The translations under genes and the position numbers were made by a program. Of a DNA stretch of 64,000 nt, positions 11,192 through 24,284 are shown piece by piece. The first letter of the stretch is position 1. Every line of letters begins with the position of its first letter. The DNA is from Octopus sinensis (lineage: Eukaryota). A model generated the notes under the pieces. It saw nothing but the letters and a program-made list of their open reading frames with translations, did no database searches and was not told the origin of the DNA. The stretch is from the NCBI RefSeq assembly GCF_006345805.1, contig NW_021831834.1:1454-65453 (forward strand), written 5' to 3'.

Positions 11192-13452
11192 CGCTGTACA
11201 ACAATGATTTTGCTACAGAGGAGAAATCATAATTTTCTGGAACAGTTTTTACCTAGATATGAAAATGAACTCCGTTTTTCATGAAATGACTCCAGTGTTT
11301 CGTAAAATGCGCCGTCACTAAACGGTATGTTTTTGCTAGAAAATGGGTATTTTTCAGTGAAAATAACATTTTTTTCCTAGAATTAAAACGAGTTTTCTGC
11401 AAAATGGGTTGTTATTAATAGTAAATACGTTATTTGCGTCTTTTATAAAAGGAAGAACATCTGTTTTTTAGTACAATATTTATGTTTTTTTCTATGTATA
11501 GCATCAGGTCTATCTCTCTGAAGAAACCAGCAAAAGTCAGCAAGCATGGCGGGACTCCACTTCCCCTCAGATCGAGTTTCCATTTGACTTATGTCTTGGT
11601 GGAATGTTTGTTGCTGATGTCTGCTGCATTCTGAGGAAATAAAGCTAGATGCGAATGCAAATAGCGAACTTTTAACGACATTATGATTTAGCACCCTAAT
11701 GATTTGTACAAATCAATGAGTTTTCCTACAAGTACTTCATTGTTGGCTGCTCTGCGCTTCCCATGTAGACCATAACATACGTTTCTGAAACTTTGCCATG
11801 CATCCAATTCCAACATATTCAAGGTGTTTTCAAAATTATCGTTTGTCAAAAGTTGCCGAATTTGGGGACTGACAAACACGCCTTCTTTGATTTGCTCATG
11901 GCTTAGTTTGGGAAACTTAGTTTTCAAGTACAAAAATGGTGGCTCTTCCAGATTTAACTTCTTAACAAACTGTTTGATAGGACCTAATTTAATATGCAAT
12001 GGAGGCAAACTTATTTTCTCCTTAAGAACCAGTGGTTCACGTATAACGTTATGTGAACCTATTTCTCATTCATTTCTCAATGGCTATTCACTACGGATAT
12101 AATGCTCTTACCAAGCACGGCTGTCCTATTGACACAAAAAGTACATGTACTAAGTAAACCCAGCCTACAAGCCAATTACAATCACTACAATTTTCAAGTT
12201 AGCACAAATCAGCCATTTACACTCATTGTATCTTATACAACCTAATGTGAACGATAAATTTTCATACGTTTCCTTTAGTGCAACAGAATGAGCTACAGGA
12301 ACTGACGGAAGTTTATTACCTATGTGCGGTAGCACAGCTTTAGTACTATAAAGCGAAGAGTCTAAGAATAGCCACCACTCACTAGGGTCGTAATTTAAGC
12401 CAAGATACTCAAAGAGTCCATTCATTTCAATTTTTTCTATTAAACCATCAGGACGATTTCGAAATTTTGTGATGCTGACATCTTGAGTTTCCAAGTTTCT
12501 TTTCTTTAACCTAGAAAACAGTAAGTCGCTCTGCATCTTCGTTAATCTCAAATCCCGAACAAGATCGTTTAACTCATCCTGTGCTAGAGATTTCGGTCCG
12601 GACTGTTCTGATGCAGGCACATACACCTCATCTTGTTCACAATTCTCTTCTGATTCACTAGTATCAGATAAAACCATGTTCGCAGGTACCGTAGGTATCG
12701 GAATGCTGGCCGAATGAGGTACAGTCCGAATGGCGGATTTTACATTCGGATACATCCCCGACGGCGCACTCTTCGTTGTTATATCTGTTAAGAAAATAAA
12801 TTATATTATAGCATTTCCTATATTTAATGTAACGAATAAAAATAAATATATTTAGATAAATTTATGCTAAGTTTACTGAAAATAAAAAACACACCTTTAA
12901 CATCTACAAGATAGAAATAGTAGTCAGAATGGTGGTCTTGTGGTTCATGCCAATTCATTGGAATTCCAAACTGCATACTTCTTAACTTTCCCAAAGACCA
13001 TTGGTACATGCTGTGCAACATATATGTGGTGCCCAACTTTGATCTTGGTCTCCTATCATCACTCAAAAATATATAAATAATACTGCTTGTTTTTTTTTTT
13101 ACCAATGGCGTAATAATTCTTGAATACTTCTGGAATGTCACAGCACCACAGCTATAACAATTTGTCTGGGTGATTTCTACACAGACCTCTTGTTATTTTA
13201 ATGCAATTTTTATTCTAATTAAAGATTTAATTAAATGTTTATAGGTATTTTATAGCTTTTTTTTCTCTGAAAATCTGAAAAATGAAAAATTGAATTATAA
13301 AAATACCCTAATATTAAAAAGCAGAATTACCATAAACTAAAGTCATTCTGTGAGAAACGGTTGCCATTTCTGTGATCTACGCATAAAATTATCTTAGAAA
13401 ACCTTATTCTCATCTCCGTAGTCGAAATAACGTTCAGTTTTGTTGTACAGTA
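11192..13452 (-). mobile_element. Decayed Chapaev3-type (CMC superfamily) DNA transposon with TIRs and a spliced transposase pseudogene
   Basis: Ends CGCTGTACAACAA / TTGTTGTACAGTA (11-bp exact core). Motifs NHPD..CYSCG, WHEPQDHHSDYYF, ELNDLVRDLRLTK, WWLFLDSS..KAVL, PPLHIKLG..KQFVK, FHQDISQME..GKWSPAMLADFCW match the recalled Chapaev3 transposase. Multiple stops and frameshifts. Confidence 0.75.
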
Positions 13453-13914
13453 TTTTCAACGAAAAAAAATGATACAAGGGAGACAACTCTGTATTTTTTC
13501 CTCTTGTTCTTACACTTCATAGTGAGTAGAGCCAAATGTTTTGTTTATCTCTGTTTTAGATAACACTTCATGTAATGACACTAATTAGCAGAAATAGTAG
13601 AACACTATATGTCATTAATCAGATGCAGTATTTAGTGACATTACATTCTAGGTTCAAATCCAGGATGCATAGAACAATTTAATTGACAATCCCCTTCAAG
13701 AAAATTTCTTTGCACACATCCATCAATACTATTATTATAACAAAAGAAATCATCATTATTATAATTAAAATATATTTTTAAGACAGTGGTAGTAGTAGTA
13801 GTAAGTCATTCGTCTGTGTCGCATCCAGTGCTTTAATAGGTACCAGTTCACCACTGTAATCGGCATACCTCACCTCTCCCTAAATTTACTAGCTCTTCTC
13901 CAAACTTTGAAACC

Positions 13915-14335
13915 ATTATTATTATTATGGAGTGAGAGAGCAGTTCATGCCATCAAAGTGACACTGGGGTAAAATATACGAAGCCCAATATACCCATCAT
14001 GACTTCCCGTCTGATAAGGGTACACCAGGCACATGCATCACAACCATACGTGCGCGACATGGTGATCTCATATCAAGGTAAACAGCGCATGACCTTGCAG
14101 GTGGGGCCCAGTTAGAATTTTCTTCTGGTCGAGTAGCCTATCCAGCTCAAAAGGTCCCTGAATAAGGGTTGCTTAAGGATGTTGAAAGAACCACCCATGT
14201 TTCCAGAGGTGAATTATTCAAACCCCAAAGAATCCCTCTCAACACATGGCTATGATGCTCCCCCACTACTTCTGCTCGTGATCAGAGATGCACATATCGT
14301 CAGCCACTAAGGGACATGATCAACTGGTTAAGGTC
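13915..14335 (-). repeat. 3' end of a non-LTR element with (TAA)n tail (family C); other copies 15135-15600, 16205-16800, 55859-56085, 59875-60110
   Basis: Shared start ATTATTATTGAGTGAGAGAGCAGTGCATGCCATCAAAGTGACACTGGG next to TTA repeats, with variable far-end truncation. Confidence 0.75.
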
Positions 14336-14489
14336 GTAATTTTAACCAATCAATGACGTGTATTCAGCTGAAGAAAATTATTGCTGCTGTTTGCAAACAA
14401 CAACTTCTGGGTCCCCTCCGAATTTTCAAAGTGTTTACTTAAAAGAAAAATTAATAAAAAAAATATGCTGGTCAGATTGAAAAGATCCC

Positions 14490-14825
14490 GTCTTTGTTTA
14501 TTTGTTGTGGACAAGATATCTCAAGAAATGCTAAATGGATTCGGATGAAACTTTCAGGGATAATTGGCCTCATGACTGGCACGAACTGATTAGATTTTGG
14601 GATCAATCTGGTATCAGAGAAGGATTCTAGATTATTTTTTCGGTTTTTTTTTTTGTTGTTTTACCTAATTTTTGAGAGCAGCCGTGTTCATTTTTAGTAT
14701 TCTCGTTTGTGAGAGCAGTCGAGTTTATTTCAGATATTCTTATTTTAAAAACCATCTCCGGCTAATCGTTGAGAAGACGTTAGCGTTGCCTTGGCGGAAG
14801 TTTGCGCCCTGTGAGTGCTCTTGTT
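14490..14825 (+). mobile_element. Helentron/HINE-like non-autonomous element remnant
   Basis: Ends CCTTGGCGGAAGTTTGCGCCCTGTGAGTGCTCTTGTT, resembling the recalled sub-terminal IR/hairpin 3' end of such elements; 5' end not identified. Confidence 0.4.
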
Positions 14826-16224
14826 ATTATTATCATCACCATCTTTCAATTCTGTTTCCATTTCTTGCCGAGTGTCTTCCTGGTACCTATGGAAGAGAAA
14901 CTCACTGTATACATTGGCAAGCAATTAAAATAAACACACCAGATTGTTCATTTACAGAGTCACGTGATAGAGAAAAAAGGGCAAATAGACAGAGAGAAAA
15001 AGGAAAAAAATTAAAAAGTAAACAAAGAAAATAGGAGCGTGGAACAAAAATTCCCAAACTCTTCTCAGTACCTGTGACGTACTAGTTTAAACAATCTTCT
15101 GCACTTCCTGCATGTATGGTAAGCCAGAGATCTATTATTATTATTATTATTATTGAGTGAGAGTAGGGCATGCCACCAAAGTGACACTGGTGTAAAATAT
15201 ATGAAGCCCATTATACCCATCATGACTTCCCGTCTTATAAGGGTACACCAGGCACATGTATCACAACCACATGTGTGTGACATGGTGATCTTATATCAAG
15301 ATAAACAGCGCATGACCTCGCAGGTAGGGCCCAGTTAGAATTTTCTTCAGACCGAGTAGCCCATCCCGCGCAAAAGGTCCCTGAGTAAGGGTCGTTTAAG
15401 GATGTTTTACTAGACAGCCATGTTTCCAGAGGTGAATTATCCAAACCCAAACAAATTTTTTTCAACACATGGCTATGATGATCAGAGATGCACAATTCAT
15501 CAGCTACTAAGGAACATGCTCAACTGGTTAAGGTCAAACAAGTGACAAGTAAATCTGTGGTATTGAGCAGTTAAGATCAGAAACCATGAGAATCACTGTC
15601 TTATTATTGTTATTACTGTTATCGCGTGTAGGGCGGATCCGGTCATCAGCTGAGCCCATCGTGAAGATCGCCCCGCTGCCTTCCTTTCTTTGGCCGGGAA
15701 GGAAATGCAATTTTTCACTGTCTGGTGGCTATGACGAAAGAAGTAGTGTGGTGGACAAGGCTGAAAGGACTGAAGACAGATACTTTCTTCTTCAGCTAAG
15801 CCCTCATTGGCTTTTTCAAGTTCCACTTGAAAAGGAAATTGAAGGTAGAGAGTTAAGTTCTGCCCCACCAGTAAATTTGGTGAAAGACAGCTGCATGTGA
15901 CGACAATGGCCCATGTGAATGGGCCTACACTGAAGCTTCGTTTGTAAACCGGAGGTGTTAAGGAGAGCGGTGCCTGCTGAGGTGCACCTGGCGGTCGGGG
16001 TAACCAAGCTGCGTGGGTTTGTGCGGTTGTCTCTGTAAGGAACTCCCAACTTTGGGGGAATTCTTATAGTTAAATTGTTTTCTTATTTGTTTTTTTTAAT
16101 ACTTATTCTATACACGGCATTGTTCAACATCCCACTTGTCCTTTGTATTGCATTGTCCCTATTTGTCGTGCCTGGCCCTTGTGGCCAATAAAAGAAAGTA
16201 TTATTACTATTATTATTGTTATTA

Positions 16225-16265
<41 letters not shown>

Positions 16266-16814
16266 GAGTGAGAGAGTAGGGCATGCCATCAAAGTGACAC
16301 TGGGGTAAAATATACGAAGCCCAGTATGGGTACACTAGGCTCATGCATCACAACCATATGTGCACAACATGGTGCTATTATATCAAGATAAACATCACAT
16401 GACCTTGCAGGTGGGGCCCAGTTAGAATTTTCTTCTGGTCGAGTAACCCATCCCGCTCAAAAGGTCCCTGAATAAGGGTTGTTTAAGGATGTTGAACGAA
16501 ACACCCATGTTTCCAGAGGTGAATTATTCAAATCTCAAAGAATCCCTCTCAACACATGGCTATGATGCTCCCCCACTACATCTGCTTGTGATCAGAGATG
16601 CACATATCGTCAGCCACTAAGGAAGATGCCCAGCTGGTTTAGGTCAAACAACTGACAAGCAAATCTGTGGTATTGAACAGAATATTTGCTGTAGCCCATC
16701 TTTTATACCAAGACAAAACAATGTATATGATAACACTTCCAATCAGTTGAGATCAGAAGCCATGAGAGCCACTGCCTGGTACTGCATTAGGGCATTTACC
16801 TGGTACTGCTGCTG

Positions 16815-16882
<68 letters not shown>

Positions 16883-16928
16883 GCACCACCACCACCAGCA
16901 CCACCATCACTACCATCATCATCATCAT
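16815..16928. repeat. (CAT)n/(CAC)n compound microsatellite
   Basis: Direct reading. Confidence 0.95.
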
Positions 16929-16934
16929 TATTAA

Positions 16935-17750
16935 GGCGGCGAGCTGACAGAAACGTTAGCACGCCGGGCAAAATGCTTAGCTGTATTTCGTCTGTCATTA
17001 CGTTGTGAGTTCAAATTCCGCCGAGGTTGACTTTGCCTTTCATCCTTTCGGTGTCGATAAATTAAGTACCAGTTACGCACTGGGGTCGATGCAATCGACT
17101 TAATACCTATGTCTGTCCTTGTTTGTCCCCTCTATGTTTAACACCTTGTGGGTAATAAAGAAATAGGTATTTCGTTTGCCGTTACGTTCCGAGTTCAAAT
17201 TCTGCTGAGGTCGACTTTGCCTTTCGTCTTTTCAGGGTCAATTAAATAAGTACTAGTTGTGCACTGGGCTCGATATAATCGACTTAATCCGTTTGTCTGT
17301 CTTTGTTTGTCCTCTCTGTGTTTAGCCCCTTGTGGGTAGTAAAGAAATAGGTATGTTGTCTGTCTTTATGTTCCGAGTTCAAATTCCGCCAAGGTTGACT
17401 TTGCCTTTCATCCTTTTGGAGCCGATAAATTAAGTACCAGTTACGCACTGGGGTCGATGTAATCGACTTAATCCCTTTATCTGTCCTTGTTTGTCCCCTC
17501 TATGTTTAACCCGTTGTGGGCAATAAAGAAATAAGAATCGTTAGCACGACAGGAAAATGCTTAGCGGCATTTCGTCCTTCTTTACGTTCCGAGTTCAAAT
17601 TCCGTCGAGGTCGACTTTGCCTTTCATCCTTTCGGGGTCGATTAAATAAGTACCAGTTACGCACTGGGGTTGATGTAATCGACATAATCCGTTTGTCTGT
17701 CCTTGTTTGTCCCCTCTATGCTTAGCCCCTTGGGGGCAATAAAGAAATAA
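16935..17750 (+). repeat. Four-unit tandem array of SINE family A
   Basis: One full-head unit plus three headless units; junctions at 17166/7, 17350/1 and 17534/5. Confidence 0.9.
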
Positions 17751-18419
17751 GAAACTGAAAGACACCTGTCGTATATGTACATGTGTATATATCTATAGGT
17801 GTGTGTCCGTGTGTTTGTGTTTGTCCTTCATCACAGCTTGACTACCGGTGTTGGTTTGTTTATGCACCTGTAACCTTGCGGCTCGGCAAAAAGAAACGTA
17901 TAAGTACTAAGCTTAAAATATGTACTGGGATCGATTTATTTGACAAAGCACTTCAAAGCAGTGTTCCATCATGATTGCAGTTGAGTGAATGAAACAAAAA
18001 AATGATAAAAAGATACTCATCAAACTATTTTCATTTTGTTTCCACTATTTTCGCATGACTCTCTTCAATTATTTTCTTCTTAGTCACTAGATGTCATATG
18101 TTACCGGGGCAAAATATTTAATATTCCATCTGTTTGTTGTATAGAATACTTGCTCTGTGAGATCTCTTATTGTTAACTGTCAGTAGCCTTTTATGTGCTG
18201 TATAAATTGTAAGTTACTTTATATTATTTGGTGGCAATTGTATAGAATATGAGCTATGTGAGGGAAGAGTTATAGTAGCAGGTGTCGATTGTACTGAGCG
18301 AGTCAGTCTTTTTTTCTTTTGTCATTGAGGTCATTTATATGAATATAGAAAATAGACGCATGACTCATCAAAGAAAAGCTATATTTGAAAACAAATTGGT
18401 ACAAATAATCTTGAGAATC

Positions 18420-19330
18420 CGTTCATCACAACCATTCAATGACTCCACTGTTAGTATCAATGACTGCTTCAATACAGGGTCGGAAGCATTGACGTACTCA
18501 AATCAGATGATCTGAATTTTCTCTCGACTATACCCCATACATAATAGTCCAGTGGATTGAGGCCTTGTGAGTTAGGAGGCCATGTGTCTGGGAGAACATG
18601 ATCATGGAGCATGGCAAGCATCCATGCTTGGGTTATCCTAGCCTTATAAGATGGTATAGAATCTTGGAAGACGCATGGTCTCCCGTTGCGTACCCTCTCT
18701 ATCTAGGGCCTCACAGCTCTCCCCAACACCTCCGTGTAGATAGTGACATTTAATCTTTCGCCTCGTTGCTGATGACCCCCAGAACCATCACAGTTGCCAT
18801 GAGCTTAGTATATACAACCGTTGGAACCTCATTCGGGTCTCTGGATAACTACCTAACATTCCTTCGGTTTACCTTTTGGTCCTGATCGAAATTTTTCTCA
18901 TCGGAAAAAAAAACTCAAAGCATTCCAGCCCCTTTGTGTTTTAACTTGTTTAACAAGCACCTTGCATGCATCGAGCAATTATCTCTTGTCACATCCAATA
19001 TAAACTGACCCCTCAGCGTCACATACGACTTATACCGGATGTTCTCATGCACAACTCTTCTGGTGGTGTACTCTGAAATATTGAAATCCTTTGCAATGCC
19101 TCTGACTGACTTTCTGGGATTTTTATTGATTATTTCTTGGACGTTTTGTATAAAGTTATGTGTTATGATGGTATCAGGGCTCAGTGCATGAGTTTTATAT
19201 TTAGTTGCTGATGTTGGAACCCCGTTAGCAGCTTCCAGCTCCTTTGGAACATTGACAATGAAGGAACGAGTAACTTTCAGGATCAAGCTATCTCAGAATA
19301 ACTATACTGCACTTTTAGGGCAACGACTAC
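18420..19330 (-). mobile_element. Tc1/mariner (maT-like) transposase pseudogene
   Basis: Minus strand: RKSVRGIAKDFNISEYTTRRVVHENIRYKSY, FFSDEKNFDQDQKVNRRN, WPPNSQGLNPLDYYVWGIVER; stops and frameshifts. Confidence 0.85.
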
Positions 19331-19619
19331 AGCGCGCCTTTTCATTTACTGAGAGAACCTGATGTCTGACGTTATTTTTCTGAAAAGTAAGATAAAAAAG
19401 TAAGTTAGAAGAAAGTTAGAGTTCTTGAAAGAGGTACCCTCAAAAAATTGTATTGTATCAATGGGTAGTATTTAAGTAGAGCATGTCCAGCATGAATTGT
19501 ATAACTTGGTGGTGATTGTGTTGAGTATAAAATAATATAGGAAGTGGGCAATGCTGAGCAATACTATTTTTTCTATTTGCTGAGTTTGGAAGAAGAGGCT
19601 GACCTCATGACCCTTGCAG

Positions 19620-19990
19620 GCCTTCTGACACTGATGAGATTGATATTAACGTTCCATTTAAACTGTTGCAGGTCAATATTTGTAGGAAAGACATGAGCAG
19701 GGAAGAGGTTCCAGAAAGTTCTGGGAATAGTGGTTAGGTTGGGTGCTACAAGGGCGATGAATGGTGGAAAGAGATGGGCGGGTGGGGTTATCTTAGTGAT
19801 CGGTCACATCTGAGGAACAGAGACTATTATAGTAGTGTTAGAAAAAAAAGACAGTGAGAACGGAAACAAGAGGTTGGAGTGCATCCATTTGTGATGGTAT
19901 ACCAATCAGCCGAGTGACCCTTCTCTGGATGCGGTGAAGGATATCAATTTCCGGAGCAGCAGTACCTTCGATTTGTGGTCGCAGCGCTCT
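19620..19990 (-). mobile_element. CR1/Jockey-group LINE ORF2 C-terminal remnant
   Basis: Minus strand reads IQRRVTRLIG...YYNSLCSS...IPRTFWNLFPAHVFPTNIDLQQFK. Confidence 0.6.
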
Positions 19991-20989
19991 AATTATGCAT
20001 GTCAGAGGAATTAACGCAATGAGGAAAAGTAAATGGAGAGCGCATCGTTGTTGATGTTATTTCTCTACGTGACAAGATGTTTGTTCGTGAGTTCCGAAAG
20101 TATAAATTACGGATCTTTTCCTTTTGATGGACGGAATTTCTAGTTAACTAAACAATTTGAAACGGGAATTAATTAAAAATTAAAGCAAAAAGATAATTAA
20201 CTCCGCCTATGTTGACATCTTTAACACGTGTTTAGATCAGAGAAATCTAATACACAGCTTGTGATGACGTCACAACAATCATTTCAATGACGCTCTATTA
20301 CATGTTTAAAATTATAACCAAATGTGTGTGTGTAGTCACTCTCGCAATTTTAACTAAGGGGAGGTAAAAATTGTAGGCTTTTTTATGAGTTACTTCCCAT
20401 TGACCATTAACTTTTTAAAACTTTTTTTTAAAGTCTTTCTTCTCAAAGAGATTAATAATTTTGTCAGTCATTTTTAGCTAACCCCGAAACTTTGACACCC
20501 AGTCAAATGACTAACCAACGCTTACAAGAAATAATTTACATTTAACCTACGATAGTCAGTACTGATTCTTCTGCTTGTCAGTTTTTGAATTGAATGACAC
20601 TTCAATTTTTAGATACAGGACAAATCAATGGCTATATTTATTTTAATATTAACTTTCACTATTTATCAAAAGTTTTGGAGTTCTCTGATAGAAATGATTT
20701 ACCGTGTTTTCTTATGTATAAGTCGTGCTCATTTATAAGTCACACCTCTAATTTAGTGATAAATATTGATACAAAACTTTTTCCTTTATAGTTTGAGCTT
20801 TGCCCAGTGTATGTATGTAATTATTCAGTTTATTTAAAGATTTGTTGCCAATAGAGAAAGGACCGGTTTCTGACCTAGATCCAAGGCTCCTTCATTGGAA
20901 TTTCAACATCCACAACAGGGTATTTTTGTTTGTATATATGTACGTGTGTCTGCATGCCTGTATGCAAGTACGTATGTATGTGTGTGTGT

Positions 20990-21560
20990 GTGTGTGTATA
21001 TGACGTGGCAAGCCAAGTGATACTGTAACTGTGGCCTATTCCAGTGCAGCAAAACCAACCCATTTAAGAGTACCCTTCAATCATTGGGCAATAAACTGTG
21101 CTTGTGAAGACCTGTTGAGTCAAGTGAAGTCATTGTTGTGGCTGATGACAGTACCACCTGATTGGTATCCGTACCGGTGGCACATAAAAAGCACCATTTG
21201 ATTGTGTGATCGTTGCCAGTGCTGCCTGACTGGCTCCTGTGCTGGTGGCATGTAAAAAGTACCATCTGAGCGTGGTTGATGCCTGTGCTGGCTGACTGGT
21301 CCCATGCCAGTGGCACGTAAACAGCACCATTCAAGTGTGGTTGATGCCAGTACCCCCTGACTGGTCCTTGTGCCAGTGGATTGTAAAAAGCACCCTCTAC
21401 ACTCTTGGAGAGGTTGGCCTTAGGAAGGGTATTCAGCTGTAGAAACTCTGCCAGATCACATTGGAGCCTGGTGCAGCCTTCTGGCTTGCCAGCCCTCAGT
21501 CAAACCATCCAAACCATGTCAGCATGGAAAATGGATGCTAAAGTCAATGATGATGAAGAT
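20990..21560 (+). mobile_element. RTE-LINE 3' UTR fragment with minisatellite and (GAT)n tail
   Basis: AAAAGCACC-containing repeats, AGGAAGGGTATTCAGCTGTAGAAAC, CATGGAAAA...GATGATGA end. Confidence 0.8.
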
Positions 21561-21633
21561 ATATATATACATACATACATACATACATATATGTATATAT
21601 ATATATATATATATTAATAAATAAAACATATGT

Positions 21634-22681
21634 AGAGTAGATGAAACCATGGCGACTGAAGAAGGGGAATTTTCCCTGTGTTATTTGTCCTGTACTCTAT
21701 TTTTTGTTGTTTAAGAAAAATGTCCAGTTCCTTGGTTTTGTGTTTATGTTTTCGTTTCTCATTGTGTTCGACGTTTTTTGTGTGTCCTGTACCCATATAT
21801 GCGTGTATATATACATGTAGAGGTAGGTACGTACATATATGTATATATATATATGCATATGTTGCATTTATTAAAATAGTATATGACGGAACGCATGCAT
21901 CCATTTCTAAGTAAGATTGTTCTTGATATTATAATGATGCGCACTCTTGACCTTTCTGTCCCCTCCCTTTCTCAGCCTTCATTCTTTCTGGTTTCCTTTT
22001 CTTCTACTTTACTGTCTCTCCCTCTCTCTCATTCTTCAATCTCTCTCTCTCTCCCTCTCTTTCATTCTTCACTCTCTCACTCTCTCTCTCCCTATCTCTC
22101 ATTTTTCAATCTTTCTGGTTCCCTCACAACCATTCCCTTTTTTTCTCTCCCTTTCTCTTGCTCCTCTTCCTCCCTCCCACCGTTAACCTGCGACGAGAGC
22201 TCTGCTACTGTCTTTCTGGCCTGACTTCCTTGAAGTGTGGACGGCATTTTCTTTGCTCCTTTGCTGTCCTCAAAAAATAGCGTTCGTAATACTTTTTTTT
22301 GTTCGGCTTAACAGCCCTTCTTGATTATTTGATTTGCTTTTCGCAGGAAGGAAAGTTTCCATCGAAGATGCGTATCGCCTTCACCTTCGAAACGCAGAGT
22401 AGATGAAACCATGGCGACTGAAGAAGTGGAATTTTCCTTGTGTTATTTGCCCTGTACTCTATTTTTTTGTTGTTTAAGAAAAATGTCCAGTTCCTTGGTT
22501 TTGTGCTTATGTGTTTGTTTCTCATTGTGTTCGACGTTTTTTGGGTGTCCTGTACCCATATATGCGTGTATATATACATGTAGAGGTAGGTACGTACATA
22601 TATGTATATATATATATGCATATGTTTTATTTATTAATATATTATATGACGGAATGCACGCATCCATTTCTAAGTAAGATT

Positions 22682-22686
<5 letters not shown>
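21634..22686. repeat. Direct repeat pair (about 290 bp: 21634-21923 and 22396-22686) flanking a 470-bp CT-rich spacer
   Basis: Near-identical blocks starting AGAGTAGATGAAACCATGGCGACTGAAGAAG; duplicated ORF translations at 21678/22411. Confidence 0.9.
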
Positions 22687-22733
<47 letters not shown>

Positions 22734-22744
22734 ATATATATATA

Positions 22745-22784
<40 letters not shown>

Positions 22785-23619
22785 TATATCTGATTCCTGG
22801 ATCACAAGAGTCGTTGTTATTGTTGTGGCAGTAGGGGTAACAAACATTCATCTGCAATGTTGAAATAGCAGTCACCGTATTTCATTCCATAACGGCTACC
22901 CCTGAAGAGTGCAGGGTTACATAATTGGACTGTTACCTAACACTGTTGAACTCCTTGTGTGAAACTGATTGGACATAATACTGTACATTTCGATTTATAT
23001 ATATGTATATAAAATTTTCAGGATCCAACGGAATCAAGGTATTTAAATAACAAAGGCACAGAGGTAGAGTTGGGGATAGCATACTTGTGCACTGAAAGTG
23101 TGTATGAACACTCATGTACTTACTAAATAAAATGCAGATTTGTCCTTCCCGTTACATATACATTCACAAGTATAGACTAAATATACAATGTTACTTAAGG
23201 TTACACAGGAGTATAATCCAGCATGCAGTCTACAGTACACTGTAGACTCAAAATCCAATACAGGAAGGTTCTGAGGATGGTGAAGCATAAATAATAACAT
23301 GCTGGCATGGGTTGGACAGTTTGATTGAAAACTGGTGAGCTGGGGAGCTACACTAAGTTCCAATTTGGTTTGGCATGGTTTCTACAGCTGGATACCCTTC
23401 CTAATGTCAACCACTCCAAGAGTGCAATGGATACTTTTTACGTGCCTCCAGCTCGGGTGCCATTGATATGACACCAGCATTAATGCTTTTTTATGTGCCA
23501 CCAGCACAGATGCCAGTCAACTGGCACTGGCATTGGCCATGGTTATGATTTCACTTGGCTTCACAGGTCTTCTCAAGCACAGCATATTGTCCAACATATG
23601 AGGGGTGATTTTTACATGC

Positions 23620-24272
23620 CATTGAAGCACGACCTTCGAACTTTAGGCCTCACTGAGGAAATGACCAGCAACCGAGACCTTTGGAAATATGCTGTGCGTG
23701 AGAAGACCAGGCAGGACAAGTGAGTCCAGCCCACTTATGCATGCCTTTCCTCCCTTGGACACACAAAGACCTGTTGAGGCAAGCGAAGTTGATATCGAAC
23801 CTCATCCGACGACAGGCACCCATGCCAACCCCACTTTACTTGCGAAGACCTGTTGGGGCAAGTGAAATCGAAATCGAAATCAGAATCGAAATTGAACCAA
23901 TCCTATGACTGGCACCCAGCAGATGCCAGGACACCTGGACTGGTGGTATGTAAAAAGCACTATCCGAATCGTGGCCGATGCCAGTGCCACCTCGACTGGC
24001 TTCCGTGCCGGTGGCACGTAAAATGCACCAATCCGACCGTGGCCGTTGCCAGCCTCGCCTGGCACCTGTGCAGGTGGCACGTAAAAAGCACTCACTACAC
24101 TCACGGAGTGGTTGGCTTTAGGAAGGGCATCCAGCTGTAGAAACATTGCCAGATAAGACTGGAGCCTGGTGCAGCCTTCTGGGTTCCCAGATCCCCGGTC
24201 GAACCATCCAACCCATGCTAGCATGGAGAACGGACGTTAAACGATGATGATGATAATGATGATGATGATGAT
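23620..24272 (+). mobile_element. RTE-LINE 3' end (ORF2 tail KHDLRTLGLTEEMT...WKYAV plus 3' UTR)
   Basis: Translation plus the shared 3' UTR ending in (GAT)n. Confidence 0.85.
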
Positions 24273-24284
24273 TTATATGATACT

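Noticed and set aside
15620-16050. GC-richer block with short ORFs as a host exon
   Set aside because: No consistent splice frame; a weak LNSLPS..F similarity suggests a decayed LINE tail, but too weak to call.
16743-16998. ORFs with poly-M/V/D/I/T tracts, and similar poly-R/K/E/S ORFs at 55382-55961
   Set aside because: They are translations of trinucleotide microsatellites, with no coding evidence.
20850-20925. CCAATGAAGG...AGAAACCGGTC motif (also 43874-43980 and 44165-44240) resembling a hammerhead
   Set aside because: The core has non-compensatory changes and stem I does not pair; kept only as an unclassified (TACA)n-associated repeat.
22360-22440. Hammerhead-like pieces (GAAGA...CGAAACGCAGAGTAGATG; CTGAAGAAG.GGAATTTTCC)
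   Set aside because: The first lacks a full CUGANGA and a stem II; the second lacks GAAA.
22820-22990. Minus-strand candidate exons (YYVQSVSHKEFNSVR / GSRYGMKYGDCYFNIADEC)
   Set aside because: Joining them needs a 35-nt intron and no family is recognisable; probably chance.
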